DNA of 64,000 nucleotides, taken from Bdellovibrionales bacterium. GTDB lineage: Bacteria > Bdellovibrionota > Bdellovibrionia > Bdellovibrionales > UBA1609. Each line of letters opens with the position of its first letter. The stretch's first letter is position 1. Positions 17,331 through 25,855 of the stretch are shown here, in pieces. The notes under the pieces are model-generated. The model did not search any database, was not told where the DNA came from, and saw only the letters and a program-made list of their open reading frames with translations. A program made the translations under genes and the position numbers. The stretch is taken from assembly GCA_020628165.1 (NCBI GenBank), contig JAHDFM010000013.1, positions 15,420 through 79,419 of the forward strand, read 5' to 3'.

Positions 17331-18881
17331 TTGCACAAATTTATTCTATTTACTTACTTATTATTTCATTTTTTCATTTCTACATCGGCACTTGCAGACA
17401 ACCTCAAGGCTGAATTAAATAAATTAACTCAAATTGCTACTGAATTAAACAAACCATTAGAAGGAAGTTTTGTTGATTCTTATGGGCCCGATGACACACA
17501 CTCTATTTTTGGCATCACAATAGATGATATAATAAATGCAAATCATGAGGTAACAAACTTAACTTATGAAGCCCTAGGAATTCCTGAAAAATTTTGGAGC
17601 AACTACGATTTTAATAATGGACAGGTCCAATTCAAAAACAACGAGTTGTATTCACTAGTCGTAGATAACGGAACTCGTAAAATTAAAAAAATTCATATCT
17701 ACTATAGAAATTCAAATAACGAAGATAAGTCTCTACCATATGGACACCTTAATGACTTTAAAAAAATCTTACAGCACCTCGAAGACACTCAATTAATTGT
17801 CTACACAAATGAATACAGTCATGAGTTAAATATGTGGTCTGTTACCTTACCTATGAACTTATTAGATAGAGTCAAAATAATTAATATTGAAGATTCTGTA
17901 TTAGATTTTTGGACCAGAGATTGGGCAACAGCTATTGAGTCTGAAAATGGAGATGAATCGATCTCTCTTGTGCCTTACGATAGATATGAATTTCAACAAA
18001 GCTATAATTATGAAGAAAACCCTTTTTATATTCTGCCAAACGATAAAAAACAATTTACATCAAAAGCTAGTAAACTGATTTTTGAAGGTGGTGATGTTGT
18101 CACTACTGAAAGACATATCTTTATAGGGCCAGAAGCTATTAAAGACACTCAAAAACTTTTACATTTAAGTGAGGAACAGGCCGTCCAATTTTATGAGTCA
18201 AGCTTTGGTAAACCAATCATCCCAGTTGGTGGCTACTTTGAAGGATCAGACACAGCACCAAGACAACTTGAATCCTTAGCTTATCACTCAGACTTAGCTA
18301 TTGCTGTTTTAGAAAATAAAAATTTAAAGAAATATAAAAATAATGAAGTTATTATTCTTAGCTCACCATTGTTAGCTCTAAAACTTATCATTGATAATAA
18401 AATGATAAATCCAAAAACACCTGAGGAGCTCGACCTTCTAATTAACGATGCCATTGCAAACATAGACGATTTAAACTCATCAAACTATATCAAAATATCC
18501 TTAAAACAGTTATTGACACTGGGAATTTCAACTGAACATCTTTTTAGAGAAATTCAACATATAAAAGATCTTAAGAAAAAACTAATTGATTTAAAATATG
18601 ATGTTGTAGAAGTACCAGGACTTAAAAAATGGGATGATTCATACATATACGATCACTTTGAAAATAACAACTACTTCCCCCTTCCTATTTTTAACTACAC
18701 TAATATTATTTCTTCTCAAGGTTATGTATTTGCTTCTCATTTTGATTTTTCTCTTTTTGATCAGTATGCAAAAAAAACCTATGAAGAGATGGGGTATGAA
18801 GTTATAGAAATGCAATCATCTGTGCTTTCATTGATAGACTACGGTGGGATTCGCTGCCTAAGCCAAATCACATATTATTAA
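17331..18881 (+). CDS. Secreted guanidino-group-modifying enzyme, divergent PAD_porph family (516 aa)
   Basis: TTG start. Signal peptide MHKFILFTYLLFHFFISTSALA. FWTRDWA (W-x-RD) and C-terminal IDYGGIRCLSQITYY (GG-x-RC-[LM]-S as in arginine deiminase-type enzymes). Confidence 0.7.
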   Translation: MHKFILFTYLLFHFFISTSALADNLKAELNKLTQIATELNKPLEGSFVDSYGPDDTHSIFGITIDDIINANHEVTNLTYEALGIPEKFWSNYDFNNGQVQFKNNELYSLVVDNGTRKIKKIHIYYRNSNNEDKSLPYGHLNDFKKILQHLEDTQLIVYTNEYSHELNMWSVTLPMNLLDRVKIINIEDSVLDFWTRDWATAIESENGDESISLVPYDRYEFQQSYNYEENPFYILPNDKKQFTSKASKLIFEGGDVVTTERHIFIGPEAIKDTQKLLHLSEEQAVQFYESSFGKPIIPVGGYFEGSDTAPRQLESLAYHSDLAIAVLENKNLKKYKNNEVIILSSPLLALKLIIDNKMINPKTPEELDLLINDAIANIDDLNSSNYIKISLKQLLTLGISTEHLFREIQHIKDLKKKLIDLKYDVVEVPGLKKWDDSYIYDHFENNNYFPLPIFNYTNIISSQGYVFASHFDFSLFDQYAKKTYEEMGYEVIEMQSSVLSLIDYGGIRCLSQITYY

Positions 18882-18923
18882 ATTGATTTCATTTTTTTTA
18901 ATGGAATTAAGTAATGCCTTTTG

Positions 18924-21900
18924 CTATTGGTCGATGACAAATTTTGGGGTAACTAGGTTAGCACCGGAGTGCTTACCTACGCAGAAGACGTCGTTGTTGT
19001 GTAGCATGCAGCTGTCGTGTCGGAAGATTTTAATAGCGTGCACTTCTGAGAAGCCAGGGGTTGTGCTGCCAGAGCCATATTGAACTGGTGCTGTTGCGTT
19101 GGCTTCACTTGAATTTCCTAAACGCATATTCAGGCCAGTTCCCCAGCACCATGCGGTTTTATCATTTTTTAAAGCACAGGAGTGATCTTGTCCGACTCCA
19201 AAGTCTTCAACACCGGTGAGTCCTGAGACTTGCACCGGAGTAGCTGAGTGTGCTGTTAGACCGTTACCTAACTGCCCCTTATTGTTAGCCCCCCAACACC
19301 AAAGAGTTTTATCAGTCTTCAATGCACACATGTGGTTAACACCACCTCGAATGCGCTCAACAGATGTCAACCCGACAACTTGTGAAGGGCTATTCACATC
19401 ATCACCAATCACACCGGAGCCAACCTGACCAGTGTGGTTCTTACCCCAACACCAAACTGTGCCATTGTTTAAAAGAGCACAAGTAGATTGAATGGCTTGG
19501 TTACCAATGAATTGTATTTCTTTAACATCCGTCATTCCTGGCACAGGAACATAGACATTTCTTTTAGTAAATGTCCCATCGCCTAGCTGACCTCCTAAGT
19601 TGTCTCCAGCACAGTACATTTGTCCATCAAATTTAACTACACAGTGAACACTTCCACCGATCATCATTTGAGCCACATTGGTATTGACCAAAACTGGCGT
19701 GATTTCTGTTTGATTTAAACCTGTCCCTAACTCACCATGCTGGTTGCGCCCCCAACAATAAAGGTCATTATTGTCCATGATCGTACAGGCTTCGTTATGC
19801 TCACCTAGTAAGACTTTTACTTTTCTTTCCGTTGGCCAACCCGTTACAAAATCGGCACCATTGAATTGTTTAATAACCCCTTGTCGCCCAAGGGCAAAGT
19901 GGTTCGCTGTTCGGTTATATTGTCCCCAACTGATGAGCTCACCAGTGGTTGTGATTGAGTAACCATTGGCTTCTAATGGCAAAGGCTGTAATGGCACAAT
20001 TCCGTCAGGCATATTAATTTTAACTAAACTGCCATCTGCAGCACCACCGTGAAACTGTGATTGTTTGCCCCAACAGTAAATGTCATCATCCATTTGCTTG
20101 CCACAAATTCCATCAGTGCCATCCTCAACATATATAGAAGAATAAATCCCAAAGGCCAATTCAAAGTTATTCATCACGTAAGCCTCACCCTCACAAGAGC
20201 CAATCACTTCTGATGACGTCACTGAAAAACGACGGCTAGCACCACCGAAACCAGAACCATCATAAGTGATCGGTACGATCACTGAATTATCATTTTCAGT
20301 CAAAGTGCCTGTGTAAAACCCAAAAAACCCGTTCCCCATAACTTGGACCGTCACATTGCGGTTGAGAGCATCTTTTATTGGAATGGCAATGCTTCCAGAG
20401 CTAGACTGCCCTTCCAAGAAAGTGCCTGCAGCAGTTGGTAAAATTGGACAACTGAAACTTGGTTTTGCTTCAATGTAAGTAACGTCAGTTGCTGTCTTTC
20501 CTCCGCTAGAAAGTTCTGCCACCACTTCTTTTTCAGTTTGAACTAAAGTGACTGCAGGACAACTCATATCACCATCATTACAAGAACAATTCACACTCAC
20601 TCCTTGGAAGGCAGGGCTTGCAAGAGTGATATTGCCGCTGTCAGGATAACAACGTCCCTCTGGGTTATATGTTTCTCCAACTTCATAGCCATGAGGATTG
20701 GGCGGGAAAACATCAATAGCTATTACGGGGAAGTCTTTGTGATCTGTTGCTGTGTAAGAACCATTACTAGACTTCGCATCAAATCTTGGTGAAAAGTCTG
20801 TGGGCCAATCACCTGTTGTCTCTAACTCTCCACATGAAAATTCATTGTCTTCACAAGTACAAGTTAGCTCGGTTGGAGTGAATCCAGTAGGAGCTGTGAC
20901 AGTCACTGTGTCGTTATTCCCTCCACACATTCCAGAAATCATATGAGTTTCACTGTGTGGCAAAACTTCTGAAACCAATTCAACCCAAGGTTTTTCTAAT
21001 AAGGTGACTTGATCCTCATACGTCACATTACTTCCGGCAGTGATTGAAGCATCAACCACACCTGCTGGAAACTGCAAAGTTTTACCAGGACAAGTGATCT
21101 TCGCACCAGAACAACTACAGATTTCATTACCGTTAGTAAACATTGGTGAACTCATCACTATGTTGTTCGTGCCATTGGGATAACACTTACCCGTTGCTTT
21201 AAAAACATCCCCAACTTCATAGCCAATTGGGCTTGCCTGATTTAAATCTAAATACACGGTTTTAACATCTCGACTGGTTGTCACCGTTGAACCATCAAAT
21301 TGTAAAGACGCTTCCATATTGAAGGAATGTCCCACCTGAATGCCTGCTACATCTGTAAAGACACCACATGAAAATTCATTGGATTCACAAGTGCAAGTTT
21401 GAGTGGTTGGAGTGACTCCGGTTGGTGCTGTCACTGTGACCTGACCATTCGCAGTGTTACATGTACCCGTCACTGTGAACTGACCTCCATCTTGAGAGAA
21501 ATAAGGCCCGGTAATGTTAATATTTAATTTCTCTTCAAAGACTTGTTCGTAGGCTGTCGAAGAATAGGGGCCATGCTCAAGGTGTGAATATAATCTTCCA
21601 CCTTGTGTTGTCACGCTAGATAAACCACAGTCGAAGCTCAAGTTCTGACAAGGACAACTATGATTCTGATCAGTCAGTGACTCACTATTGATAACAACAG
21701 TGGCACCCTCTGGAGAACATTCACCTGATAAAGAGAGCTCATCTCCAATTTGATAACCAAGCTCTGACAAGTTGGTAAGTCTTGACTTATAAATATTAAA
21801 ACCTTCGTTTGAAAATACAGTTTTTTCTTGTGAAGAGCTTTTAATTTCTGTTGTGAACATCGTGTAGTTCACTATGGACCTATTTAATTCAATCAAACCA

Positions 21901-22766
21901 CAGTTAAAGTTTCCACCTTGGCACTGACAACTCTGTTCTGTAGGTATCATTGCTGCATTAGTGACTTTAATGTCACTATTGTTTGAAAAACATGTTCCTG
22001 ATAAATTCCACTGACTTAAGTTTAAATCGTTGAAGTCAATGGCACTGACATTCAAATCAACGTTTGGTATCAACTCAATAACATCTGTTAAAGATTGGGT
22101 CGTCTCGTTGTTATAAACATCTTTGACTCTCGTTTCTATTGTGATGCTTGAATCACCGTCTCCTCCTGTCAAAGAAATAGTCCCACAATCAAATTTACCC
22201 AAATCACATTTGCAGTTGCTTTGGGTTGGAACGATTGTATTTGGAGACGTTATATAAACTAAGGCATCATCAGACTTACACTCCCCTTTTAATTCAACTG
22301 TTTCATTTTCATTGATTTCACTTGGCAACTCCATATCGGCATGAGGCAGATAAATGGGAAGCATAAACTCTATATTGCGTCTATTCTCATTGGGGTCAAC
22401 GATGACACCAACAACTTCTGGCTTAAATCCATTAGGCCCTTCACCACTGAAGACAACGGGTCCACATTTATAATTAAGATCATTACACATACAGGTCACT
22501 GACCTAGGAACAGAGTCTGGGCTAGTGAATGTCACAAGTGAGTTGTTTGGCTGACATGAACCGTAGTAAAAATAACCATCAAAATTTGGTGCAAAGTTAT
22601 CTGTTCGTGGAGGTGCTATAGAGATAGGTCCATCTCGATTAATAAGTGTTTGTGCTTTATCATTAGCATTTAAATGATGGTTTTGACCTTCACTGCATGA
22701 AACGACAAACATTAAAATAAATAGAAGTAAGAAAATAGGGGTCGATAATTTATTGTTACACTGCAT
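18924..22766 (-). CDS. Giant lipoprotein: 8 four-cysteine modules plus C-terminal RCC1-repeat beta-propeller
   Basis: Lipobox FVVSC. Eight repeats of G-x-C...[VI]T-x-P...C-x-C-x5-[FIM]-x-C. C-terminal repeats YCWGRNQHGELGTG, YCAGDNLGGQLGDG, WCWGKNHTGQVGSG, WCWGANNKGQLGNG, WCWGTGLNMRLGN are the RCC1 signature. Confidence 0.85.
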   Translation of the reverse strand: MQCNNKLSTPIFLLLFILMFVVSCSEGQNHHLNANDKAQTLINRDGPISIAPPRTDNFAPNFDGYFYYGSCQPNNSLVTFTSPDSVPRSVTCMCNDLNYKCGPVVFSGEGPNGFKPEVVGVIVDPNENRRNIEFMLPIYLPHADMELPSEINENETVELKGECKSDDALVYITSPNTIVPTQSNCKCDLGKFDCGTISLTGGDGDSSITIETRVKDVYNNETTQSLTDVIELIPNVDLNVSAIDFNDLNLSQWNLSGTCFSNNSDIKVTNAAMIPTEQSCQCQGGNFNCGLIELNRSIVNYTMFTTEIKSSSQEKTVFSNEGFNIYKSRLTNLSELGYQIGDELSLSGECSPEGATVVINSESLTDQNHSCPCQNLSFDCGLSSVTTQGGRLYSHLEHGPYSSTAYEQVFEEKLNINITGPYFSQDGGQFTVTGTCNTANGQVTVTAPTGVTPTTQTCTCESNEFSCGVFTDVAGIQVGHSFNMEASLQFDGSTVTTSRDVKTVYLDLNQASPIGYEVGDVFKATGKCYPNGTNNIVMSSPMFTNGNEICSCSGAKITCPGKTLQFPAGVVDASITAGSNVTYEDQVTLLEKPWVELVSEVLPHSETHMISGMCGGNNDTVTVTAPTGFTPTELTCTCEDNEFSCGELETTGDWPTDFSPRFDAKSSNGSYTATDHKDFPVIAIDVFPPNPHGYEVGETYNPEGRCYPDSGNITLASPAFQGVSVNCSCNDGDMSCPAVTLVQTEKEVVAELSSGGKTATDVTYIEAKPSFSCPILPTAAGTFLEGQSSSGSIAIPIKDALNRNVTVQVMGNGFFGFYTGTLTENDNSVIVPITYDGSGFGGASRRFSVTSSEVIGSCEGEAYVMNNFELAFGIYSSIYVEDGTDGICGKQMDDDIYCWGKQSQFHGGAADGSLVKINMPDGIVPLQPLPLEANGYSITTTGELISWGQYNRTANHFALGRQGVIKQFNGADFVTGWPTERKVKVLLGEHNEACTIMDNNDLYCWGRNQHGELGTGLNQTEITPVLVNTNVAQMMIGGSVHCVVKFDGQMYCAGDNLGGQLGDGTFTKRNVYVPVPGMTDVKEIQFIGNQAIQSTCALLNNGTVWCWGKNHTGQVGSGVIGDDVNSPSQVVGLTSVERIRGGVNHMCALKTDKTLWCWGANNKGQLGNGLTAHSATPVQVSGLTGVEDFGVGQDHSCALKNDKTAWCWGTGLNMRLGNSSEANATAPVQYGSGSTTPGFSEVHAIKIFRHDSCMLHNNDVFCVGKHSGANLVTPKFVIDQ
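20547..22574 (-). repeat. Protein-level tandem repeat: 8 modules of 86-96 aa, each with 4 conserved Cys
   Basis: First Cys of each module at residues 71,163,259,350,436,528,614,706. CxC at 92/94,185/187,280/282,371/373,458/460,550/552,636/638,727/729. Fourth Cys at 101,194,289,380,467,559,645,736. Confidence 0.8.
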
Positions 22767-22873
22767 TTCTCTACCTTTGGATATTAATTATTTTATGTCT
22801 CGACAAAATAGAAAAATAACTTAATATAAAATATAAATAAATATAAATTATTTATTTAATATGAGATAGGTCT

Positions 22874-24277
22874 ATGAAATCATACATGTTTAAAGTCATT
22901 TTATTTTTTCTTTTAATTAAATCTCAGGCCCTTTTTGCAGTCAATATCCAGCAATTCAACCGTTCAAACTCATTAACATATGAAATGATTGAAGATGCTC
23001 GACTTCAAAATAGTCATGTTAAAAACAAATTTAAATATATGTTTAATTTGGGTTTTTCTCTAGTTGACGAACCATTGACGGTTAAGAACTCCAACAATAG
23101 CCAACAAGTCGACAGCATTATTAAAGATATGAAAAGTATTCATCTAGGAATAAGCTATTACATTTTCCCTGCTATGCAATTGAGTTTATCAACAGCTTAT
23201 TCGTTTTTTGAAAACAATCAAAACGAAAACATATCAGACTTTCAAGATATCGAATTAAAATTAAAGTATAGGCTGATCAATGAGCGACTGTGGGCTTTTA
23301 GTCTTATGCCAAAAGTGGTTATACCTTTAGATGGTGGAAATACCCTTTTAACTAATGAATCAAATTACTCATATGGTCGCAATGATGTTTTGTCCGACAA
23401 TGGTTTAGGTCTTGGACTCATGGCCATCTATGAGCGGATTTTTACACACTTTCAAATATCAATTAATTTACAGTATTACTTCAATGAAGATGCGGTCTTT
23501 GAAGATGGGTTTGGAGAGACACATATAGATAAGTCGGAAGTTTTGACAGCTGGTGTGGGTGCCTACATTCCTATACATCGGACCTTTGGTGCCAATATAG
23601 AGTATATTAAAAACTTCTATGCTCCCCTATTCAACGACAACCTCAACCCATCAGAGCTATTTGTCGGACTAAGCAGTGCGATCAATTATTCAATACACGG
23701 ATTTTTTGGCTTTGGCTTTGGCAACTTATTATCCGACAGTGATGGCAATGACTACCGAGCCATAGCTGGTATAAAAATCATTCCTCAGCCCAAAGAAGAA
23801 ATAGCCAGAGCAAAAAGCTCTCTCGTCTATAAGAAAAAACCAACACGCATTGTGAATGAAGCTATCTACAATTGCCAACCTGAGTTCATCTTTGGAGAAA
23901 CCAACGCATTCACAGTCACATTTCCAAATGATTCAGATGTGTTATCTAACCAACAAATTACTGAAATTAACAAAATTGCCCTTATTCTTAAGCAAAGAAA
24001 AAATGACATTCGTGAAGTTAAAATCATTGGACACACTTCTATCTGGGGTCCGCCTGATTACAACGAGTATCTGGGGCAACGTCGAGCTCAAGCTGTGTAC
24101 AAACAATTAAATAACGTTGATCTAGATATTGAAAATATAGTCTTCATCTCTTCACAAGGAGAAAGTGACTTATTAACAAGTTCTGAATTTAACAAAGATA
24201 AATTCCAAAGACGAACGGAGGTTCTTGTTGAACTCAAAGAAAACGCTAAAACATGCACTGTTCATTCTCAGCTTTAA
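22874..24277 (+). CDS. OmpA-family outer-membrane protein (N-terminal barrel plus C-terminal OmpA-like domain)
   Basis: Signal peptide. C-terminal IGHTSIWGPPDYNEYLGQRRAQAVYKQL...RRTEV matches the OmpA peptidoglycan-binding domain. Confidence 0.8.
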   Translation: MKSYMFKVILFFLLIKSQALFAVNIQQFNRSNSLTYEMIEDARLQNSHVKNKFKYMFNLGFSLVDEPLTVKNSNNSQQVDSIIKDMKSIHLGISYYIFPAMQLSLSTAYSFFENNQNENISDFQDIELKLKYRLINERLWAFSLMPKVVIPLDGGNTLLTNESNYSYGRNDVLSDNGLGLGLMAIYERIFTHFQISINLQYYFNEDAVFEDGFGETHIDKSEVLTAGVGAYIPIHRTFGANIEYIKNFYAPLFNDNLNPSELFVGLSSAINYSIHGFFGFGFGNLLSDSDGNDYRAIAGIKIIPQPKEEIARAKSSLVYKKKPTRIVNEAIYNCQPEFIFGETNAFTVTFPNDSDVLSNQQITEINKIALILKQRKNDIREVKIIGHTSIWGPPDYNEYLGQRRAQAVYKQLNNVDLDIENIVFISSQGESDLLTSSEFNKDKFQRRTEVLVELKENAKTCTVHSQL

Positions 24278-24623
24278 CCTTGGACTGGTCGCACTGCTCT
24301 CTGCATGCTCGACTCGTGGATACAAAGAGTTACCCCAAGATGTCCCTGAGCTTTTTTATGGCTTAGATAAAAACCTCTACAATCGCTATGAAACCCCAAA
24401 AAATATCATTTATCAAACTAAAAAAATTGAAGAAAAGGTCGATGAATTTTACAAAGAGGACTACACCGAGCACATCCATAAAAAGTATCGGTACACATTC
24501 TATCGCCCCAAAGATCGTCAACCGGCCAAGGAAAGCAATTTTTTCAATTTATTTTCAGACCTTCCCATCATAGAAAATAAGTTCTCAACTCAAGAGAGAT
24601 CACTACTTATCGAGGCTAACTAA
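24228..24623 (+). CDS. Small lipoprotein
   Basis: Lipobox LLSAC. TTG start at 24228 (or 24225) with GGAGG at 24217-24221. The start is embedded in the 3' end of the OmpA-family gene. Confidence 0.55.
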   Translation: MNSKKTLKHALFILSFNLGLVALLSACSTRGYKELPQDVPELFYGLDKNLYNRYETPKNIIYQTKKIEEKVDEFYKEDYTEHIHKKYRYTFYRPKDRQPAKESNFFNLFSDLPIIENKFSTQERSLLIEAN

Positions 24624-24628
24624 CTTTC

Positions 24629-25624
24629 TCATTTAAGTTTTAAATCTCCTGAAACTATTAATTTTAATCTATCTTGCATTAATCGTACTGGTACAATGAG
24701 CTTTTTCGATGTCACTCTAGAGTGCCTAAAAACAACTCTATCTATAGTTTTGTCACTGACCTCAAACCCAACTAAGTTTACAAAATGATAACCAAGAATT
24801 TTTTGATCTGGGTCCGTAGCTATAATTTCATCTTCGCCATTAACAAAGGTGTCTCCTTTATAAATTGCTATTCTAAAAATCAATGATTGGTCACTGATCA
24901 CATGGTTTTCAATCAAGCGAGATAATTCACTGATGTTTGTAGACTTAATATTTTCATCATAAAGAACCTTAGCATTATAAGAAAAAGATACCTTTGTTGG
25001 GTTTACAGTGAGTGCAATGAACTTTTTCTGATAGAACTCAATAGCATCTTTAAATCGAGAAGTTAATTCCGGCATCGATAATTGCCCTCCACTCGCTAAC
25101 CATTTAAATACATCAATTATATTGTCATGAAGTTCTTGCATCAATTTATTTTCTTCATGCAAAAAATCAGGGGTCTTGTGTTGCATACTAAAGGTCGTTA
25201 TCTCGCCAAACTGATTAACAACATCAAACATCTCTTCTAAAGATCCAAAATCAACGATTTGATCTGTTAATATTTCACTACGTTCGTTATTTGTGACACC
25301 CTCTAGCTGTTTGAGTCTCTGAGAGACTCTATATTTTAATAAATAAACAAAAAGCTCTCCCCTCGAAATCGCTGTTGGATAGCCATTGAGTCTTGAAAAC
25401 TCTGCTTCCAGTTGAGAAACATAAGCCTCAAAGTAACAAGTATTCCAACACTGTTCACTTGATGACCACAAGCCTGATTGAGCAACTGATATGAAAGCCA
25501 TCATATTTTTGCCATCAGGAATCTGGTAATTGCAACTCATTGACCATACAGAAGAATGGTTTAACAAAAGACCGAAAAATAGCAGTACTTTATTAATAAG
25601 CCTTGTCATTATAGAGAGTTGCAT
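24629..25624 (-). CDS. Secreted hypothetical protein; possible divergent papain-fold cysteine peptidase
   Basis: Signal peptide. SSSEQCWNTCYF (Cys59-Trp, cf. C-W of clan CA) and GYHFVNLVGFE (His280, cf. H-A-V-x-x-V-G-Y) occur in the right order. Confidence 0.55.
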   Translation of the reverse strand: MQLSIMTRLINKVLLFFGLLLNHSSVWSMSCNYQIPDGKNMMAFISVAQSGLWSSSEQCWNTCYFEAYVSQLEAEFSRLNGYPTAISRGELFVYLLKYRVSQRLKQLEGVTNNERSEILTDQIVDFGSLEEMFDVVNQFGEITTFSMQHKTPDFLHEENKLMQELHDNIIDVFKWLASGGQLSMPELTSRFKDAIEFYQKKFIALTVNPTKVSFSYNAKVLYDENIKSTNISELSRLIENHVISDQSLIFRIAIYKGDTFVNGEDEIIATDPDQKILGYHFVNLVGFEVSDKTIDRVVFRHSRVTSKKLIVPVRLMQDRLKLIVSGDLKLK

Positions 25625-25855
25625 AGCTTAATGAAAAAGCAAAATATATACCAAAAAAGCCATATTAAATACGAATAGATAGCAAAATATTTAATTTTCG
25701 TCTTATATCATTTTTAGGTACAAAAAATGTTAGACACTCTACATGTTTATAGTCAGTCCGTGCATAATTAACTTACAATTGTATTATAAATGACGTTAAA
25801 CTCATTACTATATTTAAAATAAGAAACACTCGTTCCTTAGAGATTAGGACTATTT

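Noticed and set aside
18883-20792. Plus-strand ORFs 18883..19083, 19216..19428, 19771..19962 and 20604..20792
   Set aside because: They are antisense shadows inside the 1280-aa RCC1 lipoprotein gene, which has strong repeat signatures.
15806-25624. Classical tRNA-integrated genomic island
   Set aside because: No integrase, excisionase, transposase or plasmid/phage gene is present. I did not see a direct repeat of the tRNA-Arg 3' end. I kept it only as an accessory secretome cluster hypothesis.
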